This document shows, in pieces, positions 1-11,649 of a stretch of DNA of 64,000 nucleotides. A program made the position numbers and the translations under genes. The DNA comes from Octopus sinensis (taxonomy: Eukaryota), in contig NC_043018.1 in NCBI RefSeq assembly GCF_006345805.1, forward strand, positions 26,784,001 to 26,848,000. The letters run 5' to 3'. The notes under the pieces were generated by a model. That model had not been told where the DNA came from and made no database searches. It saw only the letters and a program-made list of their open reading frames with translations. Position 1 is the stretch's first letter; the number at the start of each line of letters is the position of its first letter.

Positions 1-227
1 CATAAATATTACAGACAGTATTTTTAATATAAAGTACATGTTTGAAGAACTAAGAGTGGATTTCGTCGCTCGGATGGGTCTTGTTATCTGCAGACACTGC
101 AACAATATCATGTGACCAGCACTTATGCACCAGGTCTGATATTTGCTTAATATTGTTGAATGTGCATGTTACTCAGACCTAACAAGGTACCGCAATTAAA
201 GTACCTAATTCAACTGAATCTTAATTA

Positions 228-272
228 CATATATATATATATATATATGTATGTATGTGTGTGTATGTGTGA

Positions 273-323
<51 letters not shown>

Positions 324-535
324 TTATATAGATTGTATGTGTGTATATATATATATATACATACATACATATGTATATATATATATGTATGCATGTAGGT
401 ATGTATGTATGTATGTATATATATATACATATACACATATATATATGTATATGTATATATACACACACATATATACATACATATACATACATACATACAT
501 ATACATACATACATATACATACATACACTACTACA

Positions 536-625
<90 letters not shown>

Positions 626-735
626 CATATATATATATATATGTATATGCATATGTACATGTATATATATATATATTATATATATATATATATATAATAT
701 ATATATACATATATATATATACATACCTATATATA
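228..735. repeat. Compound (TA)n/(TACA)n/(TATG)n microsatellite
   Basis: Directly visible di- and tetranucleotide runs. The overlapping YI/HT-repeat ORFs are artefacts of it. Confidence 0.97.
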
Positions 736-805
736 AGTGCACTTCATATTATTCATATGGTGCATCAATTTTTCACAAAGCTCAGTTGTTCTTCTCTGGG
801 TACAT

Positions 806-826
806 GTCTCTCTCTCTCTCTCTCTC

Positions 827-900
<74 letters not shown>
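806..900. repeat. (TC)n microsatellite
   Basis: Run of ctctct with occasional ttt. Confidence 0.95.
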
Positions 901-1185
901 AGTAAACAACCATATAAATAATAACATTTATAGAACGAGGACCAGATAATAGACTCCATATAATATATAGAAACAATGCGAAAATGTTTCAATGTGTCTC
1001 TCAAAGAACAGCAAGGAATCTGATCGATTGCCGATTCTTTGTAGAAATATTGTTATGATAATTTCGTTATGCCCGTGTTCTAAGTATTCTTCTAATGACT
1101 GACTCAACAACAGACGGAATTGAATAACTGAATAATGAAAATTTTATAAAGAGAATCAGTCACAAGAATCGGTCACAAGTTGATG

Positions 1186-1306
1186 TTAGTCTGCAATGGA
1201 AGGGATCAGATTGGAGGAGGAGGACTCACATGACAACTGTTGGTATTGTTGTTGCTGCTGTTTTTGGTGGTGGTGGTGATGTTGTTGGTGGTGGTGATGC
1301 TGTTGG

Positions 1307-1339
<33 letters not shown>

Positions 1340-1950
1340 GTTGTTGGTGTTGTTGTTGTTTTTGTTGTTGTTGTGTTGTTGTTGTTGTTGGTGGTGATGC
1401 TGTTGGTGTTGTTGTTGTTGTTGTTGTTGTTGTGTTGTTGTTGTTGGTGGTGGTGGTGGTGATGATGTTCAGTTGGTTTTTGTTGTTGTCGATGTTGTAT
1501 TGTTGTGTTGTTGAAATTATTGTTGTTGTTGTCGGTGGTGGTGGTGGTGGTGATGATGATGGTGATGGTGGTGATGATGTTGTTGAGTCGGTTTTTGTTG
1601 TTCTCGATGTTGTGTTGTTGTTGGTTGCTGTTGGTTGTTGTTGTTGTTAAGCAACAAGACGGATAAGGGTGATTAGGTGGTGGTCTAGGGCTTAGGGGCA
1701 GGAGACCCCAGACCTTGGAAAAAAAAACTTTGGTCATCTTGTTGTAGTCGAGGGCTCTTCGTTGATGCCCGACACCACTGGGAGGTGGCCCTCAAAGTCG
1801 CTGGAAATGGAGATCTCCAGGTCCAAATTCTTGAACGGCTGTTGCTGATGGTGGTGGTGGTGGTGATGTTGTTGATGTTGATGTGTTGTTGAGGATGTTG
1901 TTGTTGGTGATGATGTTGTTGTATTGTTGTTGTTGATGCTGCTGCTGTTG
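1186..1950 (-). other. Possible low-complexity (poly-Q/N/H/T) coding exon or pseudogene fragment with a unique GC3-rich core
   Basis: Unique core about 1670-1840 reads PFKNLDLEISISSDFEGHLPVVSGINEE and, after a 1-nt shift, LDYNKMTKVFFSKVWGLLPLSPRPP. It is flanked by CAA/CAC repeats and ends CESSSSNLIPSIAD*. No family recognised; the ATG at 1958 belongs to an adjacent SINE. Confidence 0.25.
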
Positions 1951-2150
1951 GTGGCCATGCTGGATCACTGCTTTAAAGGGTTTTAAGTCAAAGTAATCAA
2001 CCCCAGAACTTATTCTTTTTTCAAGCCTGGTACTTATTCTATCAATACCTTTTGCTGAACTGCTAAGTTACTGGGACATAAACACACCAGCATCAGTTGT
2101 CAAGCGATGCTGGTGGGATAAACACAGACACAAAGACACACACACACACA
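1950..2150 (-). mobile_element. SINE family B, 3' half
   Basis: ggccatgctgga...acttattctatc...acacaccagcatc matches the many other family B copies in the window. Confidence 0.75.
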
Positions 2151-2205
2151 ATAAATACACCATCTACAAAGTCATGTTATGTGAAAAAAGCAAAAACGGT
2201 TTATC

Positions 2206-3090
2206 ATCATCATCATCATCATCATTATCATCATCATTTAATGTCTGTTTTCCATGCTGGCATTGGTTGGACGGTTTGATTAAAAACTGGTAAGCCAGGG
2301 GGCTGCAGTAGGTTCCGATTTGATTTGGAAAGGTTTCTATGACTGGAAGCCCCTCCTAATGCCAACCACTCCAAGAGTGTAATGGATGCCTTTAACCTGC
2401 CATGGCACAGGGGCCATTGATGTGACACCGGCATCAGCCATGACCATGATCTCACTTGGCTTAACAGGTCTACACAAGCACAGTATATCGCCAAAGGTCT
2501 TGGTCGCCATTCACTGCCTCAATGAGGCCCAATGCTTGAACAGTGCTTTTTATGTGCCAGTTAAACAACACTGGCATTGGCCACAACTATGACCTCACTC
2601 AGTTCTACAGGTCTTCAGAAGCACAGCATAACACCCAATGTTTGAAGGGTGCTTTTAACGGGCATAAGCCATGACTACAATCTCACTTACCTTGCCGGGT
2701 CTTCTCAAGCATGGCATATCTCCAAAGGTTTTGGTCACTTGTCATCGCTTCTGTGAAGCCCAACATTTGAAGATCGTACTTCCCCACCTCGTCCCATGTC
2801 TTCCTGGGTCTACCTCTTCCACAAGTTTCCTCCACTGTTAGAGTGCAGCACTTCACACAGCTGTCCTCATTCATACACATATGACCATACCAGAGCAGTT
2901 GTCTCTCTTGCACACCATATCTGATGCTTCTTATGTTCAATTTTTCTTTCAGGACGCTTACACTCTGTTGTGCTTGAACATTGACATTACACATCCAACG
3001 AAGCATACTGGCTTCATTTCTTACAAGCCTATGCATGTCCTCATTAGTCACAGGCCATGTTTCACTGCCATGTAGCATGACTGTTCTCAT
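2206..3090 (-). mobile_element. RTE-clade LINE, 5'-truncated (RT C-terminus, 3' UTR, (GAT)n tail)
   Basis: ORF 2683-3090 has the RTE motifs MLHGSETW, LLWYGH and GRGRPRKTW. It is followed by the modular 3' UTR and a ...ttaaatgatgat tail. Confidence 0.9.
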
Positions 3091-3442
3091 CTATCACCCC
3101 TTCCTTTCTCTCATTGCTATTACTTTCTCTCACTCACTCTCAGTCAGGGCTATTACTCTCACTACTTTTCCTTTACTGAATTACTATTTCCTTTCTCCCC
3201 ACGTCTGGCGTGATTCTGAACAAATATGTATATATATATATATATATATATATGTACAAATATATAAAAACACACTATGCTCATTATTATATTAGGAGAT
3301 TATTACACAGGGTGGTAAACTAGCAGAATTGTTAACATGCTGGGTGGAAATGCTTAGCGGCATTTCGTCCACCTTTACGTTTTCAGTTCGAATACTGCCA
3401 CGTTTATGCTATTGATTTATGGTAGACTATACAGGTAAGAAT

Positions 3443-3543
3443 CATTACCATCAACGTCATCGTAATCATCATTGTCGTTGTCGTCATCATCATCATCATC
3501 ATCATCATCGTTGTCGTCATCATCATCATCATCATCATCGTCA

Positions 3544-3574
<31 letters not shown>

Positions 3575-3579
3575 CGTCG

Positions 3580-3644
<65 letters not shown>

Positions 3645-3662
3645 GTCATCATCATCATCCTC
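3443..3662. repeat. (CAT)n/(CGT)n trinucleotide microsatellite
   Basis: Directly visible. Confidence 0.95.
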
Positions 3663-4024
3663 ATAAAAGATAAAACACGTCTATGTAGAACAGGTATAGA
3701 CTGAGGAACAGGGGTCCTAGACGGACGGACGGACAGACAGAACTTCGCATTTATTATTATTATAGATAATTGATTGGAAAATATAGGCTGTTAGTCCTCA
3801 GTTTTGTTTATTTCACTTTAAGAGAGGTAAATAATTTATGAGAGTCTGTTTAAGGATCTAAATTCATAAGTTATTGATGGAAAGAAGAGAGACAAGCTTT
3901 GCAGCTATAGTAGAAAAGATAATTATTATAATAATCCTTTCTAGCTTTGGCACAAGGCCGGCAATTTTGGTGGGAGAGAGTTATTAAATTACATCGACCT
4001 CAGTACATAACTAGTACAATATTC

Positions 4025-4462
4025 GGATCTTTTCTGTTTGAACGGCAGTTTTTTGTAGCGGTGTCATATGAAATTGTCACTCATAATTATGACCCTAATA
4101 TCGATCTATTGCATTTCAATCTGTTTTAGGGTTAGGGTTAGTTAGGGTAAGGGTTAGAGGTGGAGGGAAGGGCATCTTTTTTTCTTCACAAATGTAAATA
4201 AACCCAATCTGTTTCTTAAACGAGGGACATATTCATACGGCACAGAATGTGTTTTTTTTACCTCAATAGACGTCATTGATTTGTTGAAATTGCAGAAATT
4301 GAAGAAAAATAACAACAAATATCTTACAAACTATAGAATTTTCTCAATAAAGCCAAGAGAAAAAGATGTTTTATAAACACATTCTACCAGTATACGAAGT
4401 TTAAAAGTGGTTAGTTACGTGGAAATTATTTTAAGAAACTACCGTTCAAACCGAAAAGATTC
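4025..4462. mobile_element. MITE family 1 (GGATC termini, internal TTAGGG), copy 1
   Basis: TIRs ggatcttttc(t/g)gtttgaacggcag / accgttcaaaccgaaaagattc. 8-bp flanks caatattc / cactattc match 7/8. Near-identical copies lie at 14175 and 28108. Confidence 0.9.
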
Positions 4463-4988
4463 CACTATTCCTTTCGATTATATTATTTCTGTCAATTATT
4501 AATGAATTCGGATCCTTAAATAAGCTGATAAATTATTTATTTCCCTTAAAGCGAAATAAACAAAATCGAAGTCCAACGGTCTGTATTTATTTATTTATTT
4601 ATTTATTTATCTATTTATTTATATATTTTTGCTTTTGTCCTCCTTCCAACCTCTCCGTCCACCAACCAATTTCTGCTTTCATCACAAGCTGATTAACGGT
4701 AGCTAGAGTTATTCCCCTTGAAAAGGTAAGAAACTATTGTCAAACCACGCTTTTCCATTTCTAAAAATATCGGGTTGCTTTTGTTTAGCTGTTGGTCGGA
4801 TCAACTCGATCGGACATATAATCAAAGGCATTCCATTTGTGACCGTCTCGTCATTTTCTCTTCTATCCATGACTGTATTGTTAATTAACAAGTTTCATTT
4901 CGCAAAAACATGATTCGCGTTCGATCTCACTATGCGGCCTCCAGGACAAGCGTTTTTTATTTTGGATTTGGGGTTGGCAGGAATTGTC

Positions 4989-5157
4989 GGCGTAACTTCG
5001 GTATAGGTACCGGAAGTACCGGATAGATTTCAAGAAAGTGTTGTTTTTTTTATATATATGGGGGGTTAGGGTTAGGGTTAGGGGTGGAGAAAAGGGTTTC
5101 TGTTATCTTCAGAAATGTAAACAAAGCCACTTCCGGTACCTATACCGAAGGATCGCC
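4989..5157. mobile_element. MITE family 2 (GGCG termini, internal TTAGGG), 169 bp
   Basis: 29-bp TIRs containing a perfect 22-bp core (4996-5017 vs 5129-5150). Perfect 8-bp TSD GAATTGTC at 4981-4988 and 5158-5165. Confidence 0.9.
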
Positions 5158-5276
5158 GAATTGTCTTTTTTTATGAAATTTAATTGATGGGAACTGCGCA
5201 CATCCCACTATACACAAACACGTGCTCGTACGCACGTACGCACACACAGACACGCGTGTGCGTTTGTAAATGTATG

Positions 5277-5321
<45 letters not shown>

Positions 5322-5322
<1 letters not shown>

Positions 5323-5480
5323 GTGGTTAGAGCATCAGGCTTACAATAGCGGGGTTGTGAGTTCGATTCCTGGACCAGACGTTATGTTGTGTTCTTGAGC
5401 ACAACACTTCATTTCACGGTTCTTCGGTCCTCTCAGCTGCAAACGGGCAGCCCTACAATGAACTAGCCTTCTGATCAAGG
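5322..5480 (+). mobile_element. tRNA-derived SINE family D fragment
   Basis: A-box-like gtggttagagc, B-box gagttcgattcc, then the gttcttgagcacaacacttcatttcacg core shared with the copies at 26345-26672 and 29375-29600. Confidence 0.7.
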
Positions 5481-5637
5481 GCAATGTTGACCCACTCAAG
5501 AAAAGAGAGAACGTTTTGCACCAAATTTTGAACACTGTGTAGGGTACCACTGAGTGGGAACAGAAGTGGGTGTGTGACATTACATTGAGTAACAGCCATA
5601 AAATGTTGCACAGAAAGTCAAACACACACACACATAT

Positions 5638-6507
5638 AATGATGAAGGAAATTGTTGTATACAGTCCTCAAGTGCACTACAACTAAAAGAAAAAAAATGG
5701 CCATCAGGTGTACTGTTGGCAGATTTCAGGACACATGGAAGTTTTGAAGGGTGTAGTGCCTCGACAGCTATCAACTGATGCGGGTGGTTTATTCCATGCT
5801 TCTGCCATTCTGAGCATGAAAAATTGTTTCCGAAAGTCATGGGTGCTGTGTTGTTTTTTGATTTTATAAGCATGTCCGTGAGTGTTTGTCATATGGAATT
5901 CAAAAAAGGCACCCAAGTTTGATGTTGGAAATATGGTGGATAATCTTGTAGGTGTCAATCAAGTCAGTTGCCAGACGTCTGGGCTTCAATGTTTCCATGC
6001 CCAGGAATGCAAGACGTTCAGAGTATGGTAGATGTCTAACGGAGGGTATTCGCTTTGTTGCACATTTCTGAACAGTTTCCAGGAGATTTATATGATGAGC
6101 AAGAGGGGGTTCCAGAATGGTGATGCAAATTCCAAGTGTGGACGTACCGTTGTCGTATACAGTTTTAAATAGATAGGTGAAGAGCGGCTAACAAAGATCT
6201 TACTGAGGGATGCTAGCACCCCCTCAGCCTTTTTGACAATTTTGGATATGTGGTTTGTCCAATGCAGATTGTTGTTTACAATAATACCCAGATCATGTCC
6301 ACTAGAAGACTTCTTGAGATTGGTGTTGCTGAAGGAGTATCAACATATGACAAACAATCTTAGATATGTGGTTTGTCCATTGCAGATTGTTGTTTACAAT
6401 AATACCCAGATCATGTCCTCTAGAAGACTTCTTGAGATTGGTGTTGCTGAAGGAGTATGTAAGGGCTGGATTTTTCAAACTACTAAGATCGTGTTTACTA
6501 AGTATTC
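5638..6507 (-). mobile_element. CR1-group LINE, 5'-truncated and degenerate (RT thumb / C-terminus)
   Basis: Minus strand reads DLGIIVNNNLHWTNHISKIVKKAEGVLASLSK...VRPHLEFASPFWNP and HGHAYKIKKQH...FFMLRMAEAWNK. It contains a 118-bp-period tandem duplication (6245/6363). Confidence 0.85.
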
Positions 6508-6540
6508 GAATACCTAGATAAACATGATCTTAGTAGTTTC

Positions 6541-7491
6541 TACCCCAGTAGACGTTTAAGAGGTAGACTACCCACAATTACTTCTATGGCTAAGAAGACC
6601 CACATAGAGTGATGGAGCGGATGGACCAGAGCCATACGGACCCCCGCAAATATCCATCAGGTAAAGAAAATGATCGCACATGCACTAGGAGCTAGTATAA
6701 GAGTTACCCTAAAAGGCCACACGTTTAAGTTTAACAATATAATATATGCCCAGGACGAAGGGGCAGCTATCGGCGTTAGTATCGCCGATGATGTGGTCAA
6801 CCTTTTCATGGTATGGTGGGACAGAAGGCTTAAGGAACGCCCAACACAGAACTCCATACTTGTGAACATGTACTCTCACTATGTTGATGATATCAACATA
6901 GTGGTAAAGGCACCCCCACAAGAGAGTACTGTTGAAATAGAAATAGAAACTAATACTATGGAGAGCATCCAGCAAATAGCTAACTCCATCCACCAGAGTA
7001 TTAAGGTCACAATAGACTACCCTACTAAACGCCCCAACCATAGACTACCAGTACTAGACGCAGAACTCTGGCTATAAATTGTGAATAATAAAACCCAAAT
7101 CCTTCATTCGTACTATGCCAAACCTATGGCCTCCAAATACTTGATCCACCGGAACTCAGCCATCGCGGACAATGCCAAATTCAATATTTTGATGGCAGAC
7201 CTCGTCAGAATACTGCGAAATGTGTCCCGCATGTGCGATCCTACAGAGTTAAAGAGACACATACAACATTTCTTTCACCGCATGCAGTTCTCAGGTTACA
7301 GCCATAAAGAAAGGATCAGAGTATACAAAGGAGCCATGAAGAAATTTGATACTATCTTATGTAATGATAGGAATGGGATTTTCCCACTCTATAGGAGCAA
7401 GTCATGGAACACTATGGAAAGGACAAAAAAGAAAATAGGGAAAGCCAACTCTTGGTATGATAGCCACAAATACCAGAGTAAAGAAAGATAA
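6541..7491 (+). mobile_element. Penelope-like element (PLE) reverse-transcriptase fragment, pseudogenised
   Basis: One frame with two stops (TGA 6610, TAA 7075). Motifs: HTFKFNNIIYAQDEGAAIG (B'), YVDD (C), LPVLD (E), HSYYAKPMAS, RMQFSGY, PLYRSKSW. Truncated before any endonuclease domain. Confidence 0.88.
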
Positions 7492-7771
7492 CTGTGTTCG
7501 ATAATATACAGAGTTGTCGTTCTTGTCAATAGTTCTTCATGTAACAAAATCATCTACACGGTGCGACTGTTGTTGTTATTGTTATTGTTTTGGTCCAGCC
7601 TTCCCTGATCGTGTGAACTTGTGATCAAGTGCATTCTTGTTATGACCGTTCCATTTTTTTCTGGGTCATAACTGACCGCAGATTTCACAATCCAAATAAA
7701 TCTGGTAAATTTATAGTTTCCCACCAGACTCGATTTTGGTACTAAATAATTTTTTCCCCGCAGGTTTTTTT

Positions 7772-7868
7772 TGCTCTCTCACTCAATAATAATAATAATG
7801 ATAATAATAATAATGATAATAATATATTTCTTTATTGCCCACAAGGGGCTAACAATAACAACAACAAC

Positions 7869-7917
<49 letters not shown>
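7772..7917 (+). repeat. (TAA)n tract preceded by the 12-nt terminus TGCTCTCTCACT of a TAA-associated retroelement
   Basis: The same 12-mer abuts the (TAA)n tract at 49766-49777 on the opposite strand. Confidence 0.6.
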
Positions 7918-7967
7918 GCTTCAAATTTTGTTACAGAGACAGCAAGAATGTTGGAATAGAATGTTGA

Positions 7968-8363
7968 AAGGTGGTGAGCTGGCAGAATCGTTTGCACGCC
8001 GGGCAAAGTGCTTAACGGTATTTCGTCTGCCATTACATTCTGAGTTCAAATTCCACCGAGGTCGACTTTGCCTTTCATCCTTTCAGGGTCGATAAATTAA
8101 GTACCAGTTACGCACTGGGATTGATATAATCGACTTAATCTGTTTGTCTGTCTTTGTTTGTCCTCTCTGTGTTTAGCCCCTTGTGGGCAATAAAGAAATA
8201 AGTATTTCGTCTGCCGCTATGTTCTGAGTCAACTTTGCCTGTCACCCTTTCGGGGTCGATTAAATAAGTACCAGTTATGCACTGGGGTTGATATAATCGA
8301 CTTAATCCGTTTGTCTGTCCTTGTTTGTCCCCTCTGTGTGTAGCCCCTTGTGGGCAGTAAAGA
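7968..8363 (+). mobile_element. tRNA-derived SINE family A, dimer
   Basis: Head ggtggtgagctggcagaatc, B-box gagttcaaattcc, two bodies. Flanking 14-bp direct repeat aagaatgttggaat at 7944-7957 and 8364-8377. Confidence 0.9.
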
Positions 8364-8895
8364 AAGAATGTTGGAATGGAATTCAGGATTGAAACATGTG
8401 GTGTAATGGCACTAAAAATAGGAAATGGTAAAAGTAATGGGATCAAGCTGGAACTTGGTGAAACCATAAAGCAGCAGTTTCTCAACTGGGATCCATATGA
8501 CCCCTAGGGTTCCATATAAGATTCCTGGGGGGGGGGTCCATATACAAGCAAAATTGTAAGTTTGGGGATCCATGGTAGAACAAGTACCAGTCTTAAAAAA
8601 ATTAAAAAAAGTCCTGGGATCAATTCAATTGATTAAAAATTCTTGAAGGTAGTGCTCCAGCATGGCCACTGCCTAATGACTGAAACAAGAAGAGAATTAT
8701 GGATTGAATACAGTCATGGTCTTGGTTTGTTTTGCACCCAGTGACCTATTTCCTGGCTTATTAAATATTAGTGACACATCCTTTATCTTCCTGCTCTAAA
8801 CTCGTTAGCGTTAGAAATCCTTTTCACTCTCTGATAATTAAACTTAGAAAGTCATTTATTATATCTTCATTTATCAAATCTTCTCTCTTTTTCTC

Positions 8896-9105
8896 TTTTT
8901 ACTTGTTTCAGTCATTTTGACTGCAGCCACGCTGGAGCACCGCCTTTAATCGAGCAACTCGACCCCGGGACTTATTCTTTGTAAGCCCAGTACTTATTCT
9001 ATCAGTCTCTTTTGCCAAACCGCTAAGTTATGGGGACATAAACACACCAGCATCAGTTGTCAAGCAATGCTAGGGGAACAAACACAGACACACAAACACA
9101 CACAC

Positions 9106-9136
<31 letters not shown>

Positions 9137-9307
9137 CATATATACGACAGGCTTCTTTCAGTTTCCGTCTACCAAATCCACTCACAAGGCTTTGGTCGGC
9201 CCAAGGCTATAGTAGAAGACACTTGCCCAAGGTGCCACGCAGTGGGACTGAACCTGGAACCATATGGTTGGTAAACCAGCTACTTACCACACAGTCACTC
9301 CTGCGCC
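8896..9307 (-). mobile_element. tRNA-derived SINE family B (internal TA/TG microsatellite)
   Basis: Head ggcgcaggagtgactgtgtggtaag...ggttcagtccc and tail ...gaaacaagtaaaaagag on the minus strand. Confidence 0.9.
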
Positions 9308-9389
9308 TCTCTTCTGGCATTTATTATGCTATTTTTTTTTTTTATTTTCATCACCAAATTTCTGTCTGGTCATAAAATTTGAACACCAA

Positions 9390-9715
9390 GAAAATCATTC
9401 AGATCTCATGCTACTGCTTTAGTTTTCAGTTCATTGTTGACACTGCATGACCCAAATATCTCTCCCAAATGCTCAAAACCTTTGTCTCTTTTTCCAGTTC
9501 AGGCCACTTATTTGCAGACTTACACAGGTTATAGTAACTTCTTGAAGAAGACTTCAGCAGATTCTTCGCCTTCTTCTTGTAGCATATCAGTTTCTGTCTT
9601 GGAGGTAATCCAAGATGCTTCACTGCAATTCTGTTCCCACATTGTTTTGACATATTTATTTGCTGGCAATTTGGAACCATTCCTATAATAATGCCTTTTT
9701 GCTTCCAAATGACGT
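9390..9715 (-). pseudogene. pogo/Tigger transposase N-terminal remnant (Brinker-like DBD plus CENP-B HTH)
   Basis: KRHYY..GSKL..KY / CGNRIAVKHLGLPP..KLIC..K / KWPELEKE..W..GHAVST resembles the pogo-family pattern GNRAAERHFGPPP...KWPELE...GIAVST. Frameshifted. Confidence 0.65.
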
Positions 9716-9801
9716 AATTATAAACTTGCTAATTTTTTTTCAAAATCAAAAGTTATTTTACAGTTATAAACCATTCCTAATCAAAGTAAATTTCAGTTTG
9801 A

Positions 9802-10020
9802 ACTCTCTTTACTCTTTTTACTCTTTTACTTGTTTCAGTCATTTGACTGCGGCCATGCTGGAGCACCGCCTTTAGTCAAGCAACTCGACCCCAGGACTTA
9901 TTCTTTGTAAGCCCAGTACTTATTCTATCGGTCTCTTTTGCCAAACCACTAATTACGGGGACATAAACACACCAGCATCGGTTGTCAAGCAATGCTAGGG
10001 GGACAAACACAGACACACAA

Positions 10021-10053
<33 letters not shown>

Positions 10054-10220
10054 CGACAGGCTTCTTTCAGTTTCCGTCTACCAAATCCACTCACAAGGCA
10101 TTGGTCGACCCGAGGCTATAGCAGAAGACACTTGCCCAAGATGTCACGCAGTGGGACTGAACCCGGAACCAAGTGGTTGGTTAGCAAGCTACTTACCACA
10201 CAGCTACTCCTGCGTCTATG
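9802..10220 (-). mobile_element. SINE family B, full length
   Basis: Complete head, internal microsatellite and (AAGAGTA)n tail. Confidence 0.92.
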
Positions 10221-10499
10221 AGGCCAAATTTTTAAAAAGTGCTATCTGCGTGATTTAAATTTTGTTCAAGCATGCACAGCAAACACCTGAACAGGTAACA
10301 GACTGGGAACATTGTCAAATAGCTTTCGTCAGTAGTAAAGTACAAAAGTACAAAGATAGTCAGCAGTTACTTATGAGTGAGTACCACTTGGTGACATGTA
10401 CCAGGCACTTATTGATTGCTGAAGACGACTAGGTAGTCACGAGCATATGCAGACTCCCTCTTGCCTCTTCCCCCACCCTCACTTAGTCTCACCCACACC

Positions 10500-11066
10500 C
10501 ACCTAGCACCACCACCACCACCACCAAAACCACCACCACCACCAAAACCACCAAAACCACCACCACCACCACCACCAAAACCACCACCACCACCACCACC
10601 ACCACCAAAACCACCACCACCAAAACCACCACCCCACCAAAACCACCACCACCACCAAAACCACCAAAACCATCACCACCAAAACCACCACCACCACCAC
10701 CACCAAAACACCACCACCACCACCACCAAAACCACCACCACCACCACCACCACAAAACCACCACCACCAAAACCACCACCAAAACCATCACCACCACCAC
10801 CAAAACCACCACCACCAAAACAACCACCACCACCACCAAAACTACCACCACCAAAACCACCACCACCACCAAAACCACCACCACCACCAAAACCACCACC
10901 ACCACCAAAACCACCACCACCAAAACCACCACCACCACCAACACCACCACCAAAACCACCACCACCATCACCACCACCACCACCACCACTACCACCAAAA
11001 CCACCACCACCATCACCACCACCACCACCACCACAACCACCACCATCACCACCACCACCACCACCA
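10500..11066. repeat. (CCA)n/(CCAAAACCA)n microsatellite
   Basis: Directly visible. It generates the spurious extensin-like poly-Pro ORF. Confidence 0.95.
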
Positions 11067-11649
11067 TTGCATCAGCAGAATATACAGGATGCAACAACGG
11101 GAGAGAGAGGAAAGAGAAAGTGGTGGGGGAGTGAGCTGCACCACCTCACAGCTGGTGTACTTTTACGGCTGAGTAGACTGGTGCAGCATAAAAAATGAAG
11201 TGCCTTGCTCAAGGACACAATGTGTCACCTGATCCAAGAATTGAAACCCTGTCCACATGATCATGAACCAAACATCCAAATCACTAGGCCATGGGACTTC
11301 ATTAAATTAATTAAGAAATGACCCTAATTGTAGCAGGCCTCTTTTCTTTTCAGGCAAAACGATGGACCCTAAATTGTCACTTGACAAGCTAGAAATAGAA
11401 ATCAAGTTTCCTCAAAACACATCCTACTATTAAAAGAAGAAAAAAAGAAAGAAAAGAACACATTAAAAAATATTGCCTTAGATATTCAAAAAGATGTGAT
11501 GGTCATGACTGGAGTGCTTTTCGTAATAGGTCTTCCAATTTAGGACTAATATGAGGTTAAACATCATCAACTACATCAACAATCCACTGGGTCTCTTGTT
11601 ACTGTTCCTGAACAATCCCACTGATTCCAGAATTGAGAGTATATTTACC

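Noticed and set aside
4126-4160. TTAGGG runs as telomere or chromosome-fusion relics
   Set aside because: Only 2-3 units, always at the same position inside MITEs.
6610-6612. In-frame TGA in the PLE RT as possible selenocysteine (known in some Naiad PLEs)
   Set aside because: The position fits an Arg codon (CGA to TGA CpG decay), the frame also has a TAA at 7075, and no SECIS was seen.
10405-10455. Hammerhead-like CTGAAGA-c-GACT-aggt-AGTC followed by the palindrome GCATATGC
   Set aside because: GAAA is replaced by ACGA, and there is no NUH triplet or stem I. At most a heavily decayed motif.
10461-11198. Extensin- or formin-like poly-proline ORF
   Set aside because: Pure (CCA)/(CCAAAA) repeat open in all frames on both strands, with no splice signals or unique coding flanks.
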